From: an uncultured Planctomycetales bacterium
Lineage (GTDB): Bacteria; Omnitrophota; Gorgyraeia; Zapsychrales; CAYRXT01
Direction of reading: 5' to 3'
DNA length: 62,513 nt
NCBI GenBank assembly: GCA_964428315.1
Contig: CAYRXT010000013.1
Coordinates: 1 to 62,513, forward strand
Within the stretch, counting starts at the first letter, position 1. Each line of letters starts with the position of its first letter. The position numbers and the translations under genes were made by a program. Of the stretch, positions 24,201 to 36,200 are shown in pieces. Below the pieces are notes generated by a model that did no database searches, was not told where the DNA came from, and worked only from the letters and a program-made list of their open reading frames with translations.

Positions 24201-27200
24201 GCCTTAGGGGTGACCGCGCGATGGCTTCTCAGCCGGCGTTTTACCTGGGGAATCTTTCTGATGGGGCCAGAGGGGAGATTGAGGATCATTTCATGGGAGG
24301 GCTGTATTCAGAGTTCCAGGAGCAGGGGACGATCATTCCGAAGGGATATAAGGAGGTTCATACTGTCGTGATGCGCGGGCCGTTTTTTCATGCACCGGAT
24401 GTCTTTATCTTCGGCATAGAGACGGGCGGATCTTTCGGGTGTAAGGAGAGCAGGAAGTTATATATCTGCTATTCCCCGAAGGCCCGGCAAATATTCATGG
24501 ACCAGGCTCAAATCCTGGTTGAGTCTGGAGGGGAACGGCTGTGTAAAGTTCTGTATAACGCCGTTCGCATTCACGAAGGCGTCGAGATAAGGCTGTTGGC
24601 CCGGGGGTACTCTTACGGATATGCGCATGGGATAGCCCTTACCGAAGAGCGCGGGTACACGGCTGACTATCCGGAAATCCAAATGGTCTTGGAGTGGATA
24701 AGAAGGCGATACTCGGACAATTGGGAGGGGTCCTTCGGGGACGCGCGTGAGCCCGCCGGAAATGCCGGATTTAAGTACGCCGACGCGTCCCTGTTGTCCG
24801 ACTGGGAAGGCTTCACGCCGGGAAGGGCGGCGCGATCTGCTCCGGCGCGCACGCGGGACGCATCCGCGGACACGGCGTCCGGGGAAGAAGGACCTCTTTT
24901 CCGCGGCCTGACCATGGGCGGTATTTACGATTATATCGCCCTGCTGAGGGAATACAAAGACACTGTTGTCCGCGCGTATTTTGGTTCTCCCGACCGGGCC
25001 GCGAGGGCGGCGGACATCCGGGAGGGTTACGCCGAAATGGTCCGGATCGTGCTCCGGGAAAAAGGCGTGCCCGGCGACCCGCTCGAATACGTCGTCGCGT
25101 CTTATGCAGGGGAATGGATGACGGGCGAGGCGGTCTTCGGGTTCACCCGGCAAGAGGCGGATTCAATCCTGACCGGGAAAGACTACGCGTACAGCCGCGC
25201 CCCGGTCGGCCGGCTTTATTCTCTTCTCGAGGATTGCGCGGACAGGCAGTCGTGGAACACGCGGTATTCGGTCACCCAGGTCCTTGTGCAATCAGGGCGC
25301 GTCGCGTTCGCGGAAGACGCGCAGGAGCGTTTCGGCCGCCTGTCCAGAAAACATGAAGGTAACAGGTTTGTGGGTATCAGGGAGGACGCGCCTTATATTG
25401 ATATGAATGTGTACACGCGGGAATACATTTTGCAAGTTAAGGGAAGCGGGATCGGGCTTTACCTTCCCGTGTCCACGGACCCGTCCCGGCCCCGGCTGAA
25501 GCCTTTCGACGACGTCGACACGCTGATGACTTATCTGGAAACCGCGATGCGGGCGCAGGAAGGCGGCGACAGGGAGACGGCCCTGCTTAATCTTAAGAAC
25601 GCCCTGTGGCGCGCGGAGAAGATCGACGAGGCCGACGGGAACGGATGGTGGAAACGGCTGATCATCGCGGACAAGGTCATTGAGTTCATCCGGGACTATA
25701 TCGAGCAGTATTTGAGCCCGGACAAAGAGAAAAGGCATGAGCCCGCCGGAGAAATATTCTACGGACAGAAGGGAGGCAGGAGCGGGCCGGTTATGGCCTC
25801 GGTGGCGGCGGGCTGGGCGCCGCTGATGGCGCGGGCGGCCGCCTGGCTCGCGGGGTTTGTGATGCCGGACCAAAACAGGTGCGGTTTGCCTCCGGCGGCT
25901 GAGAGGTCCGGGCTGTCGGTCCGGTATGTCTCCCGCGAGAACGCCGGGTCATTCATCGATGCGGGAGATCCGTCCGCCGGGCCGGGCGTCGGCATCGTCT
26001 ATAAAGACAGACAAGGCGCTGACAAACCCGGCGTCTTTTGCGTCTACGATACCGGCGGCCGGAAGGTTTATGAAACAATGGAGGTCTATCCGGAGGCCGG
26101 GCGCTGGGACTTCTTCTGGAGGGGGACGGATGCGTGCGGCAGCCGCGTGCCCGACGGAGTTTACCTGGTAAGCTTCCGTTCGGACGCGAAGACGGCCCGC
26201 GCGAAGGTCGTTTCCTTCCTGTCCATGGAAGAGGCGCTGGAAGACGCGTTTGAACGCCTTGCCTGGAATTTGAGAAAGGACCTGACCGCCGCGGTCGCCT
26301 TGGTCCAGAAGGATACCGCCGGGCTCGCGATAACCGGGGATCTCACGATAGAGGCGGCATTTCGCCTGAATAGTTGGACGCGCGCCGCGTCCGGTTACCT
26401 GGCCGGGAACGAGGAGATCGATTTCGGCCGCCTGAAAGAGCGGGCCCTGTTCGATATCGATCTGGGCCTGTACCTGGAGAGAAACGGGTGGGAGCCGCTG
26501 AATAGTTGGACGCGCGCCGCGTCCGGTTACCTGGCCGGGAACGAGGAGATCGATTTCGGCCGCCTGAAAGAGCGGGCCCTGTTCGATATCGATCTGGGCC
26601 TGTACCTGGAGAGAAACGGGTGGGAGCCGCGCGGCGCGGATTCCCTCATCGTGTTCAAGGACCGGCAGGGCTTCCCGCCGGTGTCCTGGGCAGAGCGGTC
26701 GCAGTACAGGAAGATAAAAGACATCCTGGAGCTTATGATTGGCGCGGGTTTCAGGTCCTGCGGCCCGGACGTCCGGCCGGACGCATTGCTCGCCTTCGGC
26801 GAGATGGAAACGGTCGTGGACAGCCTCAAGGGGTCCTGCCGCGGGTTGTCGCTGGTCTACGACGCGTACGCCCATGCCGCGGGGCTTGATGTCCAGATGC
26901 GGGAAAGCTGCGGTGGATCTGATTCGGCCTGGGACCACGTCTTTTTGACCGTCCGGGACAGCGCGTCCGGACTGACCTATCTCGTCGAGACTAACGACGG
27001 TGAGTGCGGCCTTGTCACCTTCGGTTTCATATGGGAAGAGGTCTTTCAATGGAAGTTTTCCGCGAACTGCTTCATCCGGAAAGGGCCGCTGACGGTCACC
27101 GTCATAAAAGAAGAAAACGGCGGGCGGCAGGTTCGTACCTTGCAGATATCCGACAAGTTCTATCACAGCGTGAGGAAGAGTTTTCCCGTCCGGGATTACA

Positions 27201-30200
27201 ATAAATTTTCTGTGATATCCCGAAGAGACAAGGACGGCCTGATCAAGGCAATCGAGCTGGATTACAAGTGGGACAATCTCCGCCCGGCGGACCCCATGCT
27301 GGAAAATCTCGAAGAGTCCTGGAGCCGCGGCTACGAATACTACGCTGAGGGACAATTTGCGCGGGCGGACTCCTGTTTTATGCGGGTTAATTGCATCCTG
27401 TCCAAGACTCCGGAATTGCAGGGTTATATGAATGAAGTCGGGGCCCTGCGGCAGAAAATCAGGGGCCTGATGGACCGGGACGCGAAAACCGTCGTCTATC
27501 AGCGGGGCCCGGTGAGCGGTTCGATCGTGATGGGCTGGGCGCCGCTGACGGCGCGGGCGGCCGCCTGGCTCGCGGGTGATGCGGCGACACAAATCACTCA
27601 GGAGGAAGACCGGATACTTGACATGATCCGCCAGAGACGCAACGAGACGGTGCTGATTATTTATGCCCTGGTTAAATATCAGGGGGACGCGGATAAAGAG
27701 GTGCGGGCAGATATGCTGAAGGCGGAGGGCCATATCCGGTACCTGCTGGATGTCTCCACGGATCAAGAGTACTATGAGCGTCGCGTGCCGGGTGAAAGAG
27801 CCAGGTTAAGGATTATGGCAGCGGCCGCGCGGGCGGTTCAGGATATCAGGAACGTGATTTTGGAGGAAATAAACAAGAGAAGCGGCATCGCAGAGGTCCA
27901 AGCCTGGCTGAAGCGACAAAGAGATATCATCGGCCGCGGGCCCGGGCAGGCGCCGGGCAGAGGCAGTATCGACCCGCGGGAAGAGGAGATCCTGATGGCC
28001 GGCGTTGGTTCCGGACGGCGGGAGTGGTTCAAGACGGCGCTCCGGGATTTTCTCGGCCTTTTTTCGGTGTCCGAGGCGATCGCGGCGGAGGGACAGGCGG
28101 AACGTACTTGGATCCCGACCGGGGTTATGGGCGATCTGAAAGTGAAAATTCAGGACGTGCAATGTATTACGACGGACAGGGCCGTCGCGGTGGGGGGACA
28201 TCGTTTCCTCTCCTGGATGGGCGGGTTTGTCGCGCTTTCGACCGACGGGGGCCGGACTTGGCGGCGGGTCGGCGAAGAAGTCGAAGAAATGATCAACGGC
28301 ATGAACGCCGTCTATTTTACTGATGACCGGAACGGATGGGCAGCTGGAGCGAACGGTGTAATTATTTCTACGGTGGACGGGGGAGAGACATGGGCCCTGG
28401 AAGATGTCCCGACACTTAATGATGACCGGTGGCTCGGGGACGTGTTTGTCCTTTCCGGAGGAAGCGGATGGGCCGTCGGTTATTCAGGGCTTCTCTTCAA
28501 GAGGCGCGAAGGCCGATGGAGGCCACTCGGCGTGGAGGGGCTCACGGAGAACGAACATCTTCTCTCTGTCTTTTTCATGGACGAACAGCGCGGGTGGACG
28601 GTCGGGTTCTCCTCCTCTTATCGGGCCGTCGCGCTCAGAACGGATGACGGCGGACAAACGTGGCGGCATATTCAGGATATCGAAAAACCCGGCATCAGTT
28701 TGTTTTACCGCGTTTTCTTTTCCGACAGCCTCAGGGGCTGGATCATCGGCACAGGGGGATCCCTCTTTAAAACCGTGGACGGCGGAGAGACATGGAACGC
28801 GCAGACCCTGCCCGTTTCATTAAAGGATCGTGATTTTGCCGATATTGGTTTTGTCGATGAAAACACGGGTTATATGGCCGGTAATGCCGTGGCCTTCACG
28901 CGGGACGGGGGAAAGACCTGGACGGGGGAACCGACCGGACACCCCGTTTCTTTGACCGGGCTTTCCGTGTATGACAAGGGGGCACGATGGGGTGCGCTGG
29001 CATCGGATGTCGAAGGATACGTGTGGCGGCTCGTCTGGGGGCCGCCGCAGGCGCCGGGCAGGCCTATTTTTACGGATATAACAACGCAGTCGCTGACTGT
29101 TTCCTGGAGGCGGGATCCTTCCGAACGGACCCTTTTCTATAATGTCTACCGTAAGAAGGATTCGGAGGCCGCCTTTCCCGCAAAGCCGGTCGCAAAGATC
29201 CTTTCCACGGATACTTCTTATGTGGATCAAAATATTCAATGCGGTCAAACGTATGATTATCTTGTTGAGGCCGAAAACAACAGCGGGAAATTCCGGGGAC
29301 CGTCGAACCAGGTGACTGTCGACTGCCTTTGTGATTTGAGCATCAGGATGGAAGATATCCCCGAATGGGTTGAACCTGGAGCGATGGTTTCTCTCGTTTT
29401 CTCGGTTGAAAATCATGGTCCGGCCGATTGTGACACAAGTTTTGCCGTTCAATTTTCTGAAAGCTGCTGGGGGATCAATGAGGTCTTTAAGAGTGAGCGG
29501 GTCTTGGATGTTATCCGTTATGATAGCATAAAAGCCCATCAAACTTTAACGGATACTTTATACTGGTCGGCTTACTGCCAGGGCGATGATTCCTTGGATA
29601 ACGGGTATATATACTATATCGATGCTGAAGCGGATGCGTTTGATGAGGTTAAAGAATTAAAGGAGTCTAATAATCGTGATCTTGATGGAACAAACGTCCG
29701 GTGTCCGTTTCTGCCCGATTTCGCCTTTATCCCGGATAGTTTTCATGTGAACGGCGAATACCTGCATGACAACACTCTAAAGGGCGGGAGCTGTGTGATT
29801 TTTTCCATTCCCATCATTAATCAAGGCAGGATAGGATTAGATTATATATTGGAGATGGATTACATTGAAGTCTTTTGTGAAATTGATTTGAATAATGACG
29901 GCGGCGAGGCATTTCAAAGGGATGTTATTCTCAGTTCTCAGCAGGGAGAAATTTTATTGCCGGACGCGGGGTCACAAATAGACATTGTTTTCAAAAAATG
30001 GATCAATATTCCTCCGGGAACGCATATGGTCGCGTTGGAGATTTATAATGAAAATATCGACGAGTCGGATGTGGAAAACAATTATTTTACGACCTGGATA
30101 AGGGTTGAAAACATGGATAAGGATTTTTCCCTGCCGTTTTTTGATGATTTTGACACGGAAGACGCCCGGCAGTGGTGGCACGCGGACTTGCCCTGGTCGG

Positions 30201-33200
30201 TCGACAACGGCCGTTATGTGCCCGGTCATCCACAATATAATTTTGAAAAAAATGTCGTGTATGCCGGCAGCGAACAATGGACCGATTATGATTACAGGGT
30301 GACGACGGGAGGTCACGACAGTCTGATGGCGGGCCTGATCTTCCGGGACGGCGACGTCCGTCATTACAGGTTGATTTACGTAAAGAGGCCGGCGTCTTCT
30401 TTCGGGCTTTTGAGGTTGTATCAGGGAGAGCATGGATGGCCGACCTGCATAATTTTGAAAGACGCGGTGGTCCCCCCTTGCGGGGACGCGCCGGTTGAAT
30501 TGCGCGTTGTCTGCCGGGATTCCCATATCGTGGCGGGGCTCGACGGAAAGGTCTTTATTGATGTCACCGACGACTGGTCCCCGCGGGGGAACATCGGGTT
30601 GATTAATGTGGGTGATCCTTCCGGGGTATGGTTTGATTCCGTTCGCGTTACCGGTTTTGATGACGGGGCCGCTTCCGCCTTTCCTGATCTGCCGGACAAT
30701 GTGTTTGTCGGGGAAGGGCTTCCCTTTACAATGGACCTGTTTTCTCCCGGGGAATGGCAAGCCAGGTTCCTGGCCGTGGCGGAGGTGGATGCGCCCCTGC
30801 CGGGAGACCTAACCCGGGAAGAAGACAGAATAGCGTGGATCCCGCCCTATACGACCGTCGACTCCGGAGAAACAGAAGGATATCCGTTAAAGGTGCGGTT
30901 CAAAGATCGGCAGACCGGACAGGTCTTAAAACAGGAGACGGTCACGGTTACCGTCGGGGATGTCCCGCGTCAGGCCGCGTCCTTTAAAAATTTCTTGATA
31001 TCCGCCTACAGTTTTCATTTGGAGAGTCCCTATTCCTGCGATCTGGGGCTTAACGTCTGGCACCCCTATGACGCGCGGGACGCCGAACAGATGTTAAAAG
31101 AGGCCAAGGCACTCGGGGTCAAAATCATTATGGGAGGATTTCACTATGACGGCCGATGGATTGCCTGGCATGATGTTTTAACGGTTTATGCTTTGCAGGG
31201 CGTGAAAGGATTAAGGCAGATCGCCCGGCAGACTTTGAGTCGTCTTAATGAACTGGACGCGCTTTCGGAGGTGTTTGCCTTTTATCTGGTGGACGAACCG
31301 GTTTACCGTACCGATAAAGAGAGGGAAGCGGCGCGGATTCTTAACTCCTTCTTGAAAGAATGCGACCCGCAGCGGCCGGGCATTGTTTCTATGGGCGGCT
31401 ACTTGTACAGGACGCACGGCGATCTTGCTTTTGACGACCTGAATCTGAATTATTACTGGAGCAATACGTATCCGGTTTTTGCCGTCACTCAGACAGAAGA
31501 TCATTTTCAGGAAAGGTTAGATATTTACATCATTTCTTTGGAATACGATCAGAAAAGGGCTTCTGAGGCCGGCGTGTTCTTTATGGCCGGCGTGCAGGCG
31601 CACGAATGGGCGCGTTTGCAGCAGGCGCTCAGACAGACGACACCCGGAGAGATGCGTGTTCTGGTCTGGCTGGCGCTTGCTTACGGCGCCAAGGGTATCT
31701 CTTATTTTGCCTATGATTTGAGTCCGCATTATAACGCCCTTTTAGGATTGGACGGAAACCCGACGGAATGTTATTACGAGGCGCAGGATTTGAATTGTAA
31801 TGTTCTTAAACCTCTGGGTTCTGTGTTGATGAAACTGCGATGGACCGGGGCCTGGCATGTCCGCGGGCACAAGAATCTTTCCGGAGAAATGCCGTACGTG
31901 AATACTATAACCGGTACGGACGCGAATATCCAGGTCTCTTCGTTCAAGCATGCCGATGACGGGTCTTATTATATTATGCTGGTTAACAGAAATCCTGATG
32001 AAGTAACGGATGTGACCGTAACCTTTAATTCTTCCGCAGATTTTGTCTGTTTGCAGGATGTCCTTACCGCGCAGCAGATATCGCTTTCGGGGCAAAGGGC
32101 CGAAATTCATCTTGAACCGGGTTCGGGAAGGCTGCTGAAGACGCCGCTTTTTGTCATACCGGTGGAGAAAGTGGAGAAAAAAGACGACGAAGGTGAACTG
32201 CGTTTTCAGCTGCTTCAGAATTTCCCCAACCCCTTTGACGGGTCGACGAAGATCCGCTACACGCTGGAGAAGGCCGGGCGGGTCACCGTCGAGGTTTACA
32301 ACCTGCTGGGGCGCAGCGTCCGCGCCCTGGCGCAGGGCCGTCAGGCCGCCGGGGAACACGCGGTGACGTGGGACGGCCGGGACGACGCCGGGAACGAGGT
32401 CGCGGCCGGCGTGTACCTGTATGTCCTGAAGGTCGACGGCAGGGTTGTCGGCAAAAAGAAGCTGCTCCTCCTCTCGTGCGGGGAGGGGGACAGCGCGGGA
32501 CCCGACATATCCTATGCCGGCGTGAACCTCGCCGGCGTCACGGGCTTCTTTGGCAGGGCCAAGGAGGCGATTGTTAATGTGGGGGCCAAGCTCTGGGATG
32601 CAATCGACTCCAAGGCCATGGCGGAATCTTCTCTGAGGACGGTGACCTCCAAAGGCCCTTCAGGAAAGGTCGTCCCTTGCCCAAGGTTAAAGGAGGCGGT
32701 TCATTATCCACATCAAGATACGATCATTCATGAAGCCGAATATTCTTTACAGAGAAATAACCCCCTGGATTCTTATGTGGTCAGCCGGACCGTCGTCAAT
32801 CAAAAAGAAAGAAGTTATGAGCCCGGCGTGATCGCGGTTAAATTAACCCCTTCCCCCGCCGCTACTCATTACACGACGGCCCAGCCGGTCCGAAATCGTT
32901 TCCCCTCGTCACAAAGAATAGAAACACTTAACAGGACATTCGCCTTGAGCGATCCGCGGCCCTTTTTCTCGAAGGTCATCAGGGAACACATCGCTGGCAG
33001 GAGAGCGGACCGTTCATTGAGGAAAGGCAACGCTGGTCCGGCCCCCTCCGCGCACGATTTGTCGTTATGGTACATGATTGAAGTTCGGCCCGGAGAGGAA
33101 CGGGAGGCTGTCCGCCAGTACGCCGGGGCTCGAGCGATCGAACGCGCCCAGCTGATTCACAGGCACACGCGTTTTTCTCATCTGCCTTACGACACTTATG

Positions 33201-36200
33201 TCAATCCGACGGGAGACGGCGTGACATGGAGCGGGGGAGTGTTCGCGAGAATCGAATTGGAGCTGGAAGATTCATGGTGGGCCAAACGGGGAAAGGTTTT
33301 TGAGGCCAGAGAGTATTTGAGGAATAGAGGCCTGCTCGATGGTTCCCAGACAAAGATTCCCCTTGGCTTTGTCGATACGGGAATTGATCCCGACCATCCC
33401 GATCTTGAAGGAAAAGTCAGGTTTAATCCGGATGAAATTCCCGATAACGGTCTGGATGACGACGGAAACGGTTATATTGATGATTTCTGGGGATTTGATT
33501 TTAAAGGGGGAACATTTAATTCTGGAACCGGGCTTTGGATCAATGACCGGGACGGACCATACGACCTTAGCGGACACGGGACCATGACGGCTGGGATTGC
33601 GGCGGCCATTAACAACAACGCGGAAGGCATTGCCGGGATTGCGGATGGTCTTGTCGAAATTGTCGTGGCCAGGGCCCTGGGGGGAGACGGGGCGACCGAC
33701 ATTATTTTATCCAACGCGCTCATGTATCTTGCCATTCGGGGAGCGCGCATTATTAACAACAGCTGGGGGCCCGCTCAACCTGTCGCGTCGAATCCTCTGA
33801 TCGAAGACGTTATCAAGACGCTCACTTATGATTATGGAATCATGGTGTTCTTTGCCGCCGGCAACAGCGGGGTCAATGTCGAGTACGTTTCTCCGATGAA
33901 TCTGGGCGAAACTTACAGCATTACGGCGACCAATCCTTTTGATCAGTGGGAGCCGTGGTCGCCTTTTGGACACGGGCCGAACTACGGACCGTTGAACGAC
34001 CTGGCCGCTCCGGGATACAAAATCCTTTCCACCGTTCCTCCTGACGCGCGCAATCTTAATCCGTGGCAGAAGGTGCCTTATGGCAGTATGCCCGGGCTGT
34101 ATTATTGGGATAACGGAACTTCCTATTCCTCTCCCATGCCGGCCGCCGCGGCCGCGCTTGTCATAACGGCTAATCCGGAATTAAACAAGCCCACGGTTCT
34201 TAACAACATGACGATTGGTCAGATCCTTATTGATACGGCCGATTCCCTTGACGGCGAAAACTACGCCGGCACCGGGATCATCAATATGCTTAAGGCTGTC
34301 AAAAAAGATCCCGGGTCAGTTCTTCCCGCGAGAATCACGTGCCCCGGGCCGGGAGAGGTCGTTTCAGGACCGCTCGAGCTGACCGGGACAGCGGCAGGAG
34401 ACCTTTTTGAAAGCTACAGCTTATATGTTAACACCGGAGACTCATGGGAGATGATCGGCCAGACGCAAAGGGATCCCGTGGTCAACGGAGCGCTGCTTGG
34501 CTGGGACTCGGGCATGCTTTCCGACGGACGCTATCCCCTGAAGCTTGTCGTGAAAGGCGGGGACGGAAATCACAGTGAGCATCAGACGGTCTTGCAGATT
34601 CAGAACAATTATATCAGTTATCCTCAAGCGGAAGATATCTTCAACAGAAAAGATAAAATTATTATCCGGGGAAAGGTTTCTCCGGTCGATTTTGTATCTT
34701 ACAGGATTGAATATAAAGAGACGAATCAGAACGGCTGGAAGACGGAAGGGATGGTCTTACTCGATGGAGGAACGGCTGCGCCGGGCGATGATCGTCTGGC
34801 CGAATGGGATATTTCCCGCATACCCTTTGGATTATATACCCTTCGCATGAGTGTCGTCACCCGCGATGATTTAGGAACGGAGGTCGAGACGGTTATCAAG
34901 GTCCCGAGGGTGTTGATTGAAACGGCAGATGAAATACCGTCTCAGGCGGGCTGGCCCAAAAGCACGCCGACTCAATTCATGACCGCCGCCGACATAAACA
35001 ACGACGGCTATAATGAGATTCTATTCTATTCGACAGATAAGGGGAGAGGAAACGGCATTCACATGTACCTCCACGACGGCAGACCGGTGCCGGGATGGTT
35101 TGATGCGCAGGGCCGGCCCGTCCACCGCGTTGGTGCTATTCCCAAGTTTGCCGTGGGCGATGTCAACGGAGATCAGAGAGTCGAAGTGGTCGGATTTTCG
35201 GTCCATGACAGCCTTTTTGTCTTTAACGCAGAAGGAGCCCTGCTGGACAAAAAGTTCGTGGGGCCGGGTCAACGATCGAATATGCCTCACGCGGCGGCCG
35301 TCTTGACGGATCAGACCGGAGACGGAATTTTGGATATTGTTATTGCCTCGGTTGATGCCAAGCTTTATACCTTCCAGTGTATCGGTAATACGATCCAGGA
35401 GCCCTGGACTCATCTGTCGCTGCCATATGCCGAGCTTCAAGCAGCGACTCCGGCCGTGGGGAATCTGGACAACGAAGGCCTGGAAGAAATTGTTCTCAGG
35501 CCGCATAACGGACGGATTTTTGTGGTGCGCCGGGACACAATTGTGACCTCGAACGCCCAGGCCGGCCATGGAGCCGCAGCTTCGCCTGTCTTGGCCGATC
35601 TGGATAATGACGGAAAGCCAGAAATAATTCTTCCTTTAGGGCTTGAAGGCAACGGCGGGGTTATCGTTTATCAGTCTATGGACGATAAATTGCACACTAT
35701 GCCGGGATGGCCTCAATACACAAATGATCCGGGGCACACGTACACGAACGAGATTTATGCGCATCCGGCCGTCGGTTTGATCAACAGCGATCAGCATCCG
35801 GATATTCTCTGCGTTTCTTTATTTAATGAACTCTACGGTTGGAGTCATGAGGGTTACCGGATCTGGGAGGATCCTCTTCAAATCAACGGATTGGGAGGGA
35901 CGCGGGATAATCCCGGCGCTTCTTATTATAACACGCCCCTGGTGGGCGATCTTGACGGGGACAGCGTCCCGGATATCGTCGTTGGAGTAAATAATGACCT
36001 TTATATCTTCAGCTGGGTTCCGCGGGAAGGGGCGAGAGTGTCTTACGTCTTCCACCTCGAGAATTCGGGATCTTTCTTCTATGGAGGGATTATCGATGAT
36101 ATCGACAAAGACGGGGATACCGATCTTCTCATCAGCGCTATGGACGGCGTGTACGCCTGGGATTTTCCCGGCGCGTATAATCCTGAGACAGTTCACTGGG

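Noticed and set aside
25949-27766. 605-aa minus-strand ORF. Similar long minus ORFs lie at 44051-45472, 47555-48775, 38078-39172, 16924-17748 and 14798-15598.
   Set aside because: The translations are R/P/G/A-rich and low-information, with no SD and no recognisable motifs. They lie opposite GC-rich sense segments with clear domains, so they are typical antisense shadow ORFs of high-GC coding DNA.
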